Assembly (NCBI GenBank): GCA_963815115.1
Contig: CAWFFN010000012.1
Location: 256,001-320,000, forward strand
Length of the DNA: 64,000 bases
Source of the DNA: an uncultured delta proteobacterium
GTDB lineage: Bacteria; Desulfobacterota; Binatia; DP-6
Reading direction: 5' to 3'
This document shows positions 50,024-61,274 of the stretch, piece after piece. Made by a program: the position numbers and the translations under genes. The notes below the pieces were generated by a model. The model saw only the letters and a program-made list of their open reading frames with translations. It was not told where the DNA came from and searched no databases. The stretch's first letter is position 1; each line of letters starts with the position of its first letter.

Positions 50024-50466
50024 CCGGCGATCGCGTGCGTGCTGGCCTGGTGCTGGCGCTGCTCGCCGCGGCGCCCGCCGGGACGAGCGCCGACTGGAAT
50101 CCGCCGCTCCGGTTGAAGCCGCTCATCCTGCACCTCGAGGGGACGATGGCGGCCGACCGGCAGGCCGCCGAGCGCTTCGGCTTCGCGGCGGTGTCCTTCG
50201 GCATCAAGGGCCAGGATCCCCGCCTCCGCTGCTGGCTCGGGGTCGACGTGGCCTACCCGCTCGGCGACTATCCCGTCCTGGGCAAGGACATCCTCGAGGA
50301 CGTCCGCATGTACGACCCGAACTTCTTCGCCGTGGGCACGCCGGATCTGGTCACGAAGCTGATGGACGTCCGCCCCGGGACCCGCGTCGTGCTCGAAGCG
50401 CTGGCCGACCGCGCCTCGCGGACCTTCTACCTGCGTCACGTCGACCTCGTCGAGCCCAGGACCTGA
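50020..50466 (+). CDS. Hypothetical secreted protein
   Basis: Signal-like N-terminus; GTGA overlap with radical SAM gene. Confidence 0.7.
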   Translation: MTGDRVRAGLVLALLAAAPAGTSADWNPPLRLKPLILHLEGTMAADRQAAERFGFAAVSFGIKGQDPRLRCWLGVDVAYPLGDYPVLGKDILEDVRMYDPNFFAVGTPDLVTKLMDVRPGTRVVLEALADRASRTFYLRHVDLVEPRT

Positions 50467-50517
50467 CCTCGGCTTCCCAGCGGCGGCACTCCGGTGCTAC
50501 CTCTGGCGGGAACGGCG

Positions 50518-51393
50518 ATGGCGATCGATCTTCCCCTCGGCACGCGCTTCACGCTCGGTGCCAGCATCACGCCCGAGCAGCGCGCGTTCCTCCGCGAGCA
50601 CGGGTTCCTGCTGTTCTCGCGCGTCGCCACGCCCGACGAGGTGGCGATGCTCGCCTCCGAGATGGAGCGCATCGAGGCGCGCTGGCTCGCCGAGGGGCGT
50701 TCGCGGGTGTTCGGCATCCCGCTCTTCTTCGGCACCGACGAGCAGGGTCGTCCGTTCCTGCAGCGCCTGGCCTTCACCTCGGTCTTCTCGGAGAAGGTGC
50801 ACGCCTTCGTGCGCGACCCGCGCTTCACGCCCATCCTCGGGCTCATCGGCGAGGGCGCGCGTGTCGGCGACCAGGAGAAGGACGGCGTCGTCTTCAACCG
50901 GTACCTGAACGTTCCCGGCAGCGTGTACCCGAGGCTCGGCTGGCACACGGACGGCCTGCGCGATCTCTTCTACGGCCGCATGCCGCAGGAGCAGCTCAAC
51001 ATCGGGCTGCACCTCGACCGCTGCATGCGTGACAACGGCGGCCTGCGTCTGATTCCCGGCAGCCACCGCCAGGGTTTCTGGTCGATGTGCTTCCGCAAGC
51101 CCTACTTCGTCTGGCACCGTGACGATCCGGCGGAAGTCGTGGTCGAGACCGAACCCGGCGACCTCACCGTGCACGACGGCCGCCTCTGGCACCGCGTCGC
51201 CCGCTCCCGTTATACCGGCGCCGCCAGCCTGCGGCGGTCGATGTACCTGCCGTACCTGACCGGTCCCTACGAGCCCAAGAGCGAGGACAGCCCGACCCCT
51301 GCCTATCACCGGCTGGGCGAGTGGCTTCGCGGACGACGACACGCCCGCCCGGCGAGACAACCGCCTGCGAGTGAGGTACGAGAGCTGCCATGA
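50518..51393 (+). CDS. PhyH-family Fe(II)/2-oxoglutarate dioxygenase
   Basis: 'WHTD' (HxD), 'NGGLRLIPGSH', 'PGDL.VH..RLWH', 'RRS'. Confidence 0.88.
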   Translation: MAIDLPLGTRFTLGASITPEQRAFLREHGFLLFSRVATPDEVAMLASEMERIEARWLAEGRSRVFGIPLFFGTDEQGRPFLQRLAFTSVFSEKVHAFVRDPRFTPILGLIGEGARVGDQEKDGVVFNRYLNVPGSVYPRLGWHTDGLRDLFYGRMPQEQLNIGLHLDRCMRDNGGLRLIPGSHRQGFWSMCFRKPYFVWHRDDPAEVVVETEPGDLTVHDGRLWHRVARSRYTGAASLRRSMYLPYLTGPYEPKSEDSPTPAYHRLGEWLRGRRHARPARQPPASEVRELP

Positions 51394-52325
51394 CGCGACC
51401 CGTGCGCTTCGGCGTGACCCTTCCCCAGATCAAGCGGACGTGGGCCGAGGCCCGTGAAGCGGCGATCGAGTTCGACCGGCTGGGATTCCATTCCGTGTGG
51501 GTGTGCGACCACCTCTACGGCGTGCCGATGCCGTCGCTTCCGATCCTCGAAGGGTGGAGCGAGCTTGCCGCCGTCGCGGCGATCACCGAGCGCGTCGAGC
51601 TCGGAACGCTGGTGACGCCGCCGTTCTTCCGCAACCCGGCCGTGCTCGCCAAGCAGGTCGCGACCATCGACCAGATCTCGCGCGGCCGCACCATCGTCGG
51701 GCTCGGCAGCGGATGGTTCGCGTCCGAGTACGAGGCCTACGGCGTACCCTTCCCGCCGGTCGGCGAACGGCTGCAAGCGCTGGACGAGACCTGCGAGGTG
51801 CTGAAGCGCCTGTGGACCGAGGAGCAGGCGACCTTCGCGGGCAAGCACGCGCGCGTCGACCAGGCCTGGTGCGAGCCCAAGCCGGTGCGGCGGCCGCCGA
51901 TCCTGATCGGCGGGGGCGGCGAGCGGAAGCTCATGCGGATCGCCGCGAAGCACGCGGACATCTGGAACAACCTGGCGGTCTCGCAGGCCCAGCTCGGCGC
52001 CAAGGTCGAGGTGCTGCGGCGGCGCTGCGACGAGGTGCGGCGCGACCCGGCGTCGCTCGAGATCTCGCAGCAGTGCCTGGTGGTGATCGCGGCCGACGAG
52101 GCCGGGGCGCGCGACGCGCTCGCCAAGGCGGTGCGCATCTACGGCGGCCACATGGGGGGCGGTCTCGAGGAGCACGGCATCTGGGGCACGCCCGAGCAGG
52201 TGATCGAGCGCATCGAGCGCCACCGCCGTCTCGGCTGCACGCTCTTCGTGATGGAGTTCTTCGGCCGCGACACGCGCGAGCCGGCGCGGCTGTTCGCGGA
52301 GCAGGTGCTGCCGGCGTTCCGCTGA
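51390..52325 (+). CDS. LLM-class (probably F420-dependent) oxidoreductase
   Basis: 'GFHSVWVCDH', 'LGTLVT...RNPAVLAK..TIDQISRGR', 'PPILIGGGGE'. Confidence 0.88.
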   Translation: MTRPVRFGVTLPQIKRTWAEAREAAIEFDRLGFHSVWVCDHLYGVPMPSLPILEGWSELAAVAAITERVELGTLVTPPFFRNPAVLAKQVATIDQISRGRTIVGLGSGWFASEYEAYGVPFPPVGERLQALDETCEVLKRLWTEEQATFAGKHARVDQAWCEPKPVRRPPILIGGGGERKLMRIAAKHADIWNNLAVSQAQLGAKVEVLRRRCDEVRRDPASLEISQQCLVVIAADEAGARDALAKAVRIYGGHMGGGLEEHGIWGTPEQVIERIERHRRLGCTLFVMEFFGRDTREPARLFAEQVLPAFR

Positions 52326-52362
52326 GACTGAAGTTTGACACCACCAGCGCGCGGGTGTGTAA

Positions 52363-53562
<1,200 letters not shown>

Positions 53563-53571
53563 ACCGGTCTC

Positions 53572-54381
53572 TCAGGTGCGCGCGCCGCCGAGGCGGTCCA
53601 GCGCGACGGCGCACGCGGTGGCGAGGTTGAGCGAGTCGATCCCGGGCCTCATCGGGATGCGCAGGGTCACGTCGGCGGCGGCGAGGGTCGCCGGGCGGAG
53701 CCCGTCGCCCTCTGCGCCGACCAGCAGGGCGGCGCGAGCGGGCAGGGGATGCGTGACGCCGAGGGCGGCGACGTCGAGCGCGCCCGCCGTGGTGAGCGCG
53801 ATGCGGAGGTAGCCCGCCGATCCCAGACGCTCCAGCGTCTGCTCCCACTCGACGATCCGTGCCCACGGGAGCTGGAGCGCCGCTCCGAGTGAGACGCGGA
53901 TCGTCTTGCGATAGAGCGGATCGCCCGAGCCCGGCGACAGCAGCACGGCGTCGCCGCCGAGCGCGCGCGCGACGCGCAGCACGCCGCCGACGTTGTCGGG
54001 GTTGCTGACCTCGTCGAGAAGGATCAGCCGGCGCGGCCCGGCCTCGAGGATCTCTGCAAGGCTGGGCTCCGGTCCCCGCTCGCCAAGGCCGAGACAGCCG
54101 CGGTGGAAGTCGAACCCGACGACGGCCTTCAGGACCTCCGGCGGCGCCAGGTACACCGTGACGTCGTCGCGACCGGCGAGGACGTCGGCCAGCTGGTCGG
54201 CTGCGTGCCGCGTGAGCAGCAGCGAGCGGGTCCGGAAGCGCCGGCTCGCGAGCAGCTCGCGGACGACCGCCCGCGTCTCCGCCACGAAGAGCCCGTCGTG
54301 CCGGCCCCCGACCCGAGCGCGGAGGTGCCGGAAGGCGAGGAGCCGAGGATCCTCGACCGTTTCGATCCGCTCCACGGGCAT
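53572..54381 (-). CDS. TrmH/SpoU family RNA methyltransferase
   Basis: 'NPDNVGGVLR', 'GAEGDGL', 'IPM..DSLNLA'. Confidence 0.92.
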   Translation of the reverse strand: MPVERIETVEDPRLLAFRHLRARVGGRHDGLFVAETRAVVRELLASRRFRTRSLLLTRHAADQLADVLAGRDDVTVYLAPPEVLKAVVGFDFHRGCLGLGERGPEPSLAEILEAGPRRLILLDEVSNPDNVGGVLRVARALGGDAVLLSPGSGDPLYRKTIRVSLGAALQLPWARIVEWEQTLERLGSAGYLRIALTTAGALDVAALGVTHPLPARAALLVGAEGDGLRPATLAAADVTLRIPMRPGIDSLNLATACAVALDRLGGART

Positions 54382-54475
54382 TCAACCCTCCACCCGAATG
54401 GCAGCCGTCATGCGCGATTTCCTTGCCAAGCCGAGGCAGCCTGCGGTACCCCCCTCGTCCAGAGGGGAGGATACC

Positions 54476-56995
54476 ATGCACTTTCGCAATGCCTTGACCG
54501 CCGCCGTCCTGCTGCTCGCGGCGGCGACGTCGGTCCGCGCGGCCAGCGTGGACATCGTCCGCGACAAGTGGGGCGTGCCTCACATCTTCGTTCCGGCAAC
54601 GCTCGGCGGCAAGACGGCGCAGCTGCGGGCGCTCGGCTTCGCCCAGGGCTACGCGACCGCCCAGGACCGCATGGTGCAGCTCGAATTCTTCCGCCGCGCC
54701 GGCAAGGGCCGCCTGTCCGAGATCGCGTTCCTCGGGCCGGGCTTTCTGCCCGCCGACATCGCCGCCCGCCGCGACGGCTTCACGGACGCCGAGTACCGCG
54801 CCCAGCTGAAGCGTCTGCCGGCGAAGTCGCGGCGAGCGCTGCAGGACTTCACCGACGGCGTCAACCAGTTCCTCACCGAGGTGGCGGCCGATCCGAGCAA
54901 GGCACCGATCGAGTTCCCGCTCATCGGCCTCGATCCCGAGCCCTGGGACGTGACCGACTCGCTCGCCATCGCCATGCTCCAGATCCGGCGCTTCGGACAG
55001 AACGGCGGCGGTGAGCTCGGCAACGCGCGCCTGCTCCTGGATCTCCTCGACGCGTTTCCGGTGGCGGAGGCGAAGGGCATCTTCAACGATCTCGTCTGGG
55101 GTGAGGATCCGACGGCGCCCACGACGATCGATCCGATCGAGCAGACCTTCGCGAGCGATGCGACAGCTCCGCTGAACGACGTGCAGGTCGCGCTCGTGAC
55201 CGCGCACCGGGCCGCGATCCGTGGAGAGATCATGGCGATGGCGGAGGAGCGCACGATGGTCGCGTCGCTCCTGCGCAGCGTCGGCTGGCCGGCGGAGTAT
55301 CCCGCGACCGCCAGCAACGCCATGGTGGTCTCGGGCGCGCTCACCGCGAGCGGCTCGCCGATCCTGCTCGGCGGTCCGCAGACGGGCATGGCGCTGCCGA
55401 GCTTCTTCTACCAGATCGGCCTGCACGGCGGCGGCTACGATGCCAGCGGCGTGACCGTGCCCGGCGGCACGGGGATCGTGATCGGGCGGACGAAGAACGC
55501 GGCCTGGACCATCACCTCCGGCATCACCGACAACACCGACACCTTCATCGAGCAGCTGAACCCGAGCAACCCCAAGCAGTACGTCTACCGCGGCGGCTTC
55601 CGTGACATGACCTGCCGCAGCGAGACGTTCCTGCCGGCGGGACAGCCGCCGCAGACCATCGAGTTCTGCCGCACGGTGCACGGCCCGGTCATCGCGAGCT
55701 ATCCCTCGGAGGGCATCGCGTTCTCGCAGCAGCTCTACTTCTTCGGCAAGGAGGGCGACAGCGCCACCCGGCTGCTGAGCCTCGGCTTCGCAACGAACCT
55801 GAAGCGCTTCCAGCGCACGCTCGACAAGGTGCAGGCGTCGCTCAACCTCATGTACGCGGACAACTCGAAGAACATCGCCTACTTCCATCGTGGCGTCCTG
55901 CCGCGGCGGCGGAACACGGTGGACCCGCGCCTGCCGCTGCCCGGCACCGGCGAGGCGGAGACGCTGAAGCTCACCCAGGGCCGGCACATGCCAACCACGA
56001 TCAATCCGCCCCTCGGCTACATCGCGCAGTGGAACAACAAGCCCATCAAGGGCTGGCCCGCGGACGACCAGCGCGAGCTGTGGGGCGGCGTCGACCGGGT
56101 CCACGTCCTGCTGGATCTGCTGGCGGCGGCCAAGGCGACGCATCAGATCACCGCGGCCGACGTCAAGGGCTACATGAAGACCGCCGCCACGACCGACATC
56201 TTCGCGGCGCGCATCCTCCCGTTCCTGCGCGCGGCCGTGGACGCCCTGCCGCCCGCGACGCCCGACCTGGCGCAGCTCGACGCCGCGACCGACCTGATCG
56301 GGGACTGGCTCACCGCCGGCACGCCTCTCGTGGCGGACGGCTCGGGGAAGATCCCGTACCCCGGCGCGACCATCTACCGTGCCTGGCGGACGCAGGTGCA
56401 GCACGACACCTTCGACGACGAGCTCGACGGGAACAACCGGCTTCCCGACTACACCGTCACGCGCACGGGCGGGGACAACCAGGACAGCTCGGCCGACCTC
56501 TTCAGCATCGACGCGCTCTTCGTACGCGCGCTCGAGTATCCGGCGGCGGCGTTCCCGACCAGCCGGGACTACTTCCAGGACGTCGTCCACGCGACCAATC
56601 CGGGACGCGATGCGACCCTGATTGCGTCGCTGCGCGCCGCCATCACGAAGCTCACCACGGACTACGGTACCACCGACCCGACGCAGTGGCTGACGCCGAA
56701 GATCACGGTGCAGTTCGACACCACCTCGGCCGCGCCGTTCCTCTACGGCCAGACCATCATCGAGCGCGAGGACCGCGGGACCATGAACGAGGTCATCGAG
56801 CTGGCACCCACGCTGGCGGCGGAGATCATCGTGCCGCCGGGCGAGACCGGCCACATTCCCGTGACGGCCATGAGCGAGCCGCCGCACCTGCGGGATCAGG
56901 TTCCGGTCTACGAGAGCTTCCAGTACCACTCGCTGCCGTTCACGCCGGGCGAGCTCGAGGGGCCGACGACCACCCAGACCATCACCGTCCCGTGA
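54476..56995 (+). CDS. Penicillin acylase family Ntn-hydrolase (S45), secreted
   Basis: Signal peptide, 'IVRDKWGVPHI', 'QGYATAQDR', beta-subunit start 'SNAMVVSG', 'TVHGPV', 'WNNKP'. Confidence 0.9.
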   Translation: MHFRNALTAAVLLLAAATSVRAASVDIVRDKWGVPHIFVPATLGGKTAQLRALGFAQGYATAQDRMVQLEFFRRAGKGRLSEIAFLGPGFLPADIAARRDGFTDAEYRAQLKRLPAKSRRALQDFTDGVNQFLTEVAADPSKAPIEFPLIGLDPEPWDVTDSLAIAMLQIRRFGQNGGGELGNARLLLDLLDAFPVAEAKGIFNDLVWGEDPTAPTTIDPIEQTFASDATAPLNDVQVALVTAHRAAIRGEIMAMAEERTMVASLLRSVGWPAEYPATASNAMVVSGALTASGSPILLGGPQTGMALPSFFYQIGLHGGGYDASGVTVPGGTGIVIGRTKNAAWTITSGITDNTDTFIEQLNPSNPKQYVYRGGFRDMTCRSETFLPAGQPPQTIEFCRTVHGPVIASYPSEGIAFSQQLYFFGKEGDSATRLLSLGFATNLKRFQRTLDKVQASLNLMYADNSKNIAYFHRGVLPRRRNTVDPRLPLPGTGEAETLKLTQGRHMPTTINPPLGYIAQWNNKPIKGWPADDQRELWGGVDRVHVLLDLLAAAKATHQITAADVKGYMKTAATTDIFAARILPFLRAAVDALPPATPDLAQLDAATDLIGDWLTAGTPLVADGSGKIPYPGATIYRAWRTQVQHDTFDDELDGNNRLPDYTVTRTGGDNQDSSADLFSIDALFVRALEYPAAAFPTSRDYFQDVVHATNPGRDATLIASLRAAITKLTTDYGTTDPTQWLTPKITVQFDTTSAAPFLYGQTIIEREDRGTMNEVIELAPTLAAEIIVPPGETGHIPVTAMSEPPHLRDQVPVYESFQYHSLPFTPGELEGPTTTQTITVP

Positions 56996-57080
56996 CCCCG
57001 CACGGCCGGGCGGTGCATGCCGCCCGGCCGCGCCTCCAGGTTGCGCGCCACGGCGCCATCCCGCAGAAGAACGTCTCACC

Positions 57081-57704
57081 ATGCCCGATGGCTTCTGGCA
57101 CGCCGTCCTCGATCCCAGCGCCCCGCTTCCCGCGGGGTGGCCGATGGGTGCGCTGGGCGCGTTCATGCTCTTCTGCGTCCCGATCGGCGGCGGCATCCCT
57201 GCGGGCGTGCTGATGGCGCGCACGGCGGGCGTGTCGCCGCCCGTGATGGCGGTCCTCTACTTCCTCTCCGACGTCGTGCTGGCGGTCACCTTCGAGCCGT
57301 TCCTGCGGATCGCCAGATGGCTCGGCCGCTTCCTGCCGCCGCTCGCGTGGCTCGCCCGGACGATGCGCGCGCTGGCGACACGCAGCGGAGCGTCGGCGAG
57401 CGGCGCCAAGGGGCCGCTGGGGCTCATCCTCGTCAGCTTCGGAGTCGATCCGATGACCGGGCGCGCCGCGGCGGCCGCGGCGGGTCACGGCTTCGTTCCT
57501 GGCTGGGCCCTCGCCATCGCAGGCGACATGCTCTACTTCGTCGTCCTCATGGCGTCGACGCTGTGGCTCGAGGGCGTGCTCGGCGACCAGCGCCTCACCG
57601 TGTTCGCGGTTCTCGTCCTCATGCTCGTCCTGCCATCGCTCGTTCGACGGCTCTCGAACCGCGCAGGATGGACCGGTCAGCCTTCGGAACGGCGTCGAGC
57701 GTGA
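57081..57704 (+). CDS. Hypothetical membrane protein
   Basis: About 5 TMs; 'PIGGGIPAGV', 'FGVDPMTG', 'IAGDM'. Confidence 0.72.
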   Translation: MPDGFWHAVLDPSAPLPAGWPMGALGAFMLFCVPIGGGIPAGVLMARTAGVSPPVMAVLYFLSDVVLAVTFEPFLRIARWLGRFLPPLAWLARTMRALATRSGASASGAKGPLGLILVSFGVDPMTGRAAAAAAGHGFVPGWALAIAGDMLYFVVLMASTLWLEGVLGDQRLTVFAVLVLMLVLPSLVRRLSNRAGWTGQPSERRRA

Positions 57705-57722
57705 CTCGCTCGGCGTCGACGC

Positions 57723-58817
57723 TCACCGCGCACCGGGTGGCAGCAGGTAGAGCGTCAGGGCGAAGATCAGATACACCATCAGCACGAGGACCCCGACGAA
57801 CCAGGCGGAGCGTCCGCTGTTGGTCACCAGCGCCGCGGTCATCGTGGCGATGAGCATCATCGCCACCGCGCCCGGCCAGAACTGCAGGGTCATCGGCGTC
57901 GGGCCGACGACATAGCTGACAAGCACCAGCACCGGGGCGACGAAGAGCGCGATCTGCGACGCGCTCCCGAGCGCGATCCCCACGCTCAGGTCGAGGCGGT
58001 TCTTGCGCGCGGCGGAGAACGCCGCGACCATCTCCGCCGCCCCGCCGACTAGCGCCACCACCACGAACCCGACGAACGCAGGCGTCATCCCGAGCGCCGT
58101 GGCAGCCACCTGCACCGATTCGACGAACACCTCGCTCACCAGCGCGACCACCACCGTGACCACCGCCAGCGTGGCCAGCGCGGTGGCGAGCGGCCAGGGC
58201 GCCTCGCCGTCCTCCGCGGATGCCGTGCTGGCGAAGAGCTCGCGGTGGGTCTGCAGCGAGAACACCAGACCCAGGCCGTAGGCGGCGATGAGCAACACGG
58301 ACAGTCCCACGCTGACCTGCCCCGTGAAGGTCGCCCCCGCCACCGAGTCGACGTTCGAGACCGTCGACGGCACCAGCAGCGCGACCGTGGCGAGGAAGAG
58401 CATGCTCGCCTGCACGCGAGCGCTGACACGGTTGTACTCCTGCACGTGGTAGCGGAGTCCGCCGATGAGGAACGCCGCGCCGAGCATGAACAGCGTATTG
58501 GTGACGATCGCGCCGGCGATGGTCGCCTTCACCAGCGTGTGTTGTCCGGCCCGCAAGGCGGCGAGCGCGATGACGAGCTCGGTCAGGTTCCCCAGCGTGG
58601 CGTTGAGCAGACCGCCCACCGTGTCGCCCGTCTTCGCGGCCACGGACTCCGTCGCGTGACTGAGGAGCGCCGCCAGCGGCACGATGGCCAGGACGGACAG
58701 CACGAAGAGCAGGGTGGACGCCTCGGGCTCGAGCCGTTGCGCGGCGAACACCACGGGCACGAAGACCAGCAGCCACAGCAGGGGGTCGTGGCGGATCTGC
58801 TGCGCGAGAGGGTGCAT
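57723..58817 (-). CDS. Calcium/proton exchanger (CAX/ChaA family)
   Basis: 'GGLLNATLGNLTEL' and 'VGGAAE' alpha-repeats, 'GSASQIALFVAP'; SD GGAGG. Confidence 0.92.
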   Translation of the reverse strand: MHPLAQQIRHDPLLWLLVFVPVVFAAQRLEPEASTLLFVLSVLAIVPLAALLSHATESVAAKTGDTVGGLLNATLGNLTELVIALAALRAGQHTLVKATIAGAIVTNTLFMLGAAFLIGGLRYHVQEYNRVSARVQASMLFLATVALLVPSTVSNVDSVAGATFTGQVSVGLSVLLIAAYGLGLVFSLQTHRELFASTASAEDGEAPWPLATALATLAVVTVVVALVSEVFVESVQVAATALGMTPAFVGFVVVALVGGAAEMVAAFSAARKNRLDLSVGIALGSASQIALFVAPVLVLVSYVVGPTPMTLQFWPGAVAMMLIATMTAALVTNSGRSAWFVGVLVLMVYLIFALTLYLLPPGAR

Positions 58818-58965
58818 GACGTCCTCCGGTCGTGCGTAGCCGGGATCGTTCCATGGCGCCAGGGACGTCGCGTCGCCCTGGCTTGACGGCAACGCAGGGG
58901 GGCCGTATCGCCTTCCCGAGTCCACGCCAGCGCTGCGACGCGCCTCGTCGAGCGGAGGAGGCATC

Positions 58966-59778
58966 ATGGAACGATCCCGTCGTCTCGTCATGGGGGCGCT
59001 GCTCGTGGCGCTGGTCCCCGCGCTTCTCGCCTCGTCGCCCGCGACCGCCACGGAGCACGACGGGCCCGACGAGCGCGCCGCCGCCCGGCTCGATGCCATG
59101 GTCGCTGCTCTCTCCAAGGCCACGCGACTGCGAGCCACCATCGACGCGAACTGGGACGTCACGCAGCCGACCGGCGAGAAGATCGAGTTCGGCGAGACGC
59201 GCGTCATGACGATCCGCCGCCCGGATCGCGTGCGTGTCGAGACCACGCGGCGGGACGGAACTCGGCGCGTGTTCCTGTTCGACGGCACACAGCTCGCGGT
59301 CTTCGACGTCGATCTCAAGGTCTACGCGACGGCGCCCCGGCCCGGCACGCTCGACGCCGCGCTCGACTATCTGACCCAGGACCTGCACATGCGCATGCCG
59401 CTCAGCGAGTTGTTCGCCGCCGATCTGCCGAAGACGCTGGCTCCCCTCCGCCACACCGCCCGCTGGGTCGATGCCGACACGATCGCGGGCGTCGCCACGG
59501 ACCACGTGTTCCTCCGGGGGAACGGCACCGACCTGCAGATGTGGATCGCGAGCCAGGGCGATCCGCTGCCCCGGCGCATCGTGATCACGTACCGCCAGGA
59601 GGAAGGTCAGCCGCAGTTCCGCGCGACCTTCACCGAGTGGAACCTGTCACCCGAGGTGCCTGATGGCCTGTTCGCGTTCTCGCCGGCGGAAGGCGCGGAG
59701 AAGATCCCGTTCGCGGTACCGGGCGTCGCGACGCCGAGCCCGGCTACCGGCGCCACGCCGGAGAAGGAAGGACCATGA
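58966..59778 (+). CDS. DUF2092-family periplasmic protein
   Basis: Signal peptide, 'G.KIEFG..R..RRPDR', 'D.QMWI...PLP.R.VITY...QPQF.A.F.EWN'. Confidence 0.85.
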   Translation: MERSRRLVMGALLVALVPALLASSPATATEHDGPDERAAARLDAMVAALSKATRLRATIDANWDVTQPTGEKIEFGETRVMTIRRPDRVRVETTRRDGTRRVFLFDGTQLAVFDVDLKVYATAPRPGTLDAALDYLTQDLHMRMPLSELFAADLPKTLAPLRHTARWVDADTIAGVATDHVFLRGNGTDLQMWIASQGDPLPRRIVITYRQEEGQPQFRATFTEWNLSPEVPDGLFAFSPAEGAEKIPFAVPGVATPSPATGATPEKEGP

Positions 59779-60548
59779 GGGCACGACGTGGACTGGCCCT
59801 CGTCGCCGCGCTCGTGGTCACCGTCCTGACCGTGGATGCCTTCGCGCGGGGAGGCGGCGGCGGAGGCAGGGGAGGCGGCGGCGGAGGTAGGGGAGGCGGC
59901 GGCTTTGCTCGCGGCGGGGGTGCGAGCCGGGGATCTTTCGGCGGGTCTGGCGGCCGCCCCAACGCGGGCGCCGGATACGGGGGCGGGTATCGTACCGGCG
60001 GACCCGCTGCCGGGGGGTCGTTCAGCGGGCGGCCGCCTGGCGGCAGCTACGCGGGTCGGGGCAACTACCCCGCCGGCATGGCCGGAGGAAACGTCCAGCA
60101 ACGTCCTGCTCCCACCCGCAACACCGGCGGGCTGCGACAGCCCGAGGCCGCACAGCAACGGCAAGCGCAGCGGCAGGACCAGCGCGGCCAGAACCTGGGC
60201 CAGCGGCAGGACCAGCGGGATCAGGCCCGCGAGGACTGGCAGAAGTACGGCAAGAACCAACAACAGAATCGGCAGGAGTTCGCCGACGACTACTACGACG
60301 ACCACGGGAGATACTACGGCGGAGACTATTACGGCGGCTACGCGGGCGCCGTCGCCGCCGGCGCCGCCGTCGGCGCCGTCGCGGGTGCTGCCGCCGCCAA
60401 CCCGCCGGGCTGGATGCTGGCCTGCACGCCGACGGTGGTCACCGTCGGCACGACGACCTACTACCAATGCGGCTCGGCCTGGTACATGCGGGCGTACCGC
60501 AACGGCGAGGTGGCCTACCTCATGAGCAATCCGCCTCCGGGCTACTGA
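59775..60548 (+). CDS. Secreted Gly/Gln-rich protein with small C-terminal Cys domain (DUF6515-like)
   Basis: Signal peptide, RGGG repeats, Q/R/D coil, 'AVAAGAAVG', 'C..V.VG.TTYYQCG..WY'. Confidence 0.75.
   Translation: MRARRGLALVAALVVTVLTVDAFARGGGGGGRGGGGGGRGGGGFARGGGASRGSFGGSGGRPNAGAGYGGGYRTGGPAAGGSFSGRPPGGSYAGRGNYPAGMAGGNVQQRPAPTRNTGGLRQPEAAQQRQAQRQDQRGQNLGQRQDQRDQAREDWQKYGKNQQQNRQEFADDYYDDHGRYYGGDYYGGYAGAVAAGAAVGAVAGAAAANPPGWMLACTPTVVTVGTTTYYQCGSAWYMRAYRNGEVAYLMSNPPPGY
59850..59903 (+). repeat. In-frame 21-bp tandem repeat (about 2.6 copies)
   Basis: GGAGGCGGCGGCGGAGGYAGG x2 plus a partial copy, encoding GGGGGGR. Confidence 0.8.
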
Positions 60549-60575
60549 GCGAGCAGAGCCGTTCTTGCCCCGGGC

Positions 60576-61223
60576 ATGCTGACGACCCTCGCCGACGGCT
60601 ATCGGCGCCATCGCTTCGTCTGGCTCTTCTGCTCGCTCCTCCTCACCATCATCGCCTCGCCCGCGCTCCACGCGATCGCCCCGGGTATCAACGTCGTCGA
60701 GCTCCTGCTGGCGGTGAACCTCGTCGCGGTCGTCGCCACCGTCGCGCGCGAGCACGGCATGGGATGGTTGTTCTGGATCGGGGGCGCCTTCCTCGTCCTG
60801 CGCTCCGTGGAGGCCGTGAGCGGTATCCCCGCGCTCCTCCCGTTCACTCACGGCCTCTGGCTCGTCGGCTGCCTGCTCGGGATGCTTGCGACCGGCCGCC
60901 ACGCCCTGCGGAGCGGCTCGGTCGACGCCGAACGCATCTTCGCCGCGCTCGACGCCTACCTCCTTGCGGGCCTGCTGTTCGGCGTGTGCTACTGGCTGGT
61001 CGGCCACCTCGACGCCACGGCGTTCAACGAGACCGACCTGTCCCTTGCCCGCGCCACCTACTTGAGCTTCGTGACCATCGCGACGCTCGGGTATGGCGAC
61101 GTGGTGCCGAAGAGCGAGCTGGCGCAGAGCCTGACGATCGTCGAGGCAGTCGGTGGCCAGATGTACCTCGCCGTCCTGATCGCGCGGCTGGTCAGCCTCT
61201 ACTCACGGCAGGCGGATACGTGA
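60576..61223 (+). CDS. Potassium channel family protein (Ion_trans_2)
   Basis: Pore motif 'SFVTIATLGYGD', 'GQMYLAVLIARLV'. Confidence 0.9.
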   Translation: MLTTLADGYRRHRFVWLFCSLLLTIIASPALHAIAPGINVVELLLAVNLVAVVATVAREHGMGWLFWIGGAFLVLRSVEAVSGIPALLPFTHGLWLVGCLLGMLATGRHALRSGSVDAERIFAALDAYLLAGLLFGVCYWLVGHLDATAFNETDLSLARATYLSFVTIATLGYGDVVPKSELAQSLTIVEAVGGQMYLAVLIARLVSLYSRQADT

Positions 61224-61274
61224 CCACGCCCCGGTGGCGGGAGTGCGGGCAGGCGGCGGGCGGCGCAGGGCGGG

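Noticed and set aside
50484-50498. CGGCACTCCGGTGCT upstream of the PhyH gene as a sigma54 promoter
   Set aside because: GG-to-GC spacing is one base short, and sigma54 spacing is strict
59850-59903. G-rich repeat as a G-quadruplex or phase-variation element
   Set aside because: Explained by an in-frame poly-Gly tract; the unit is a multiple of 3
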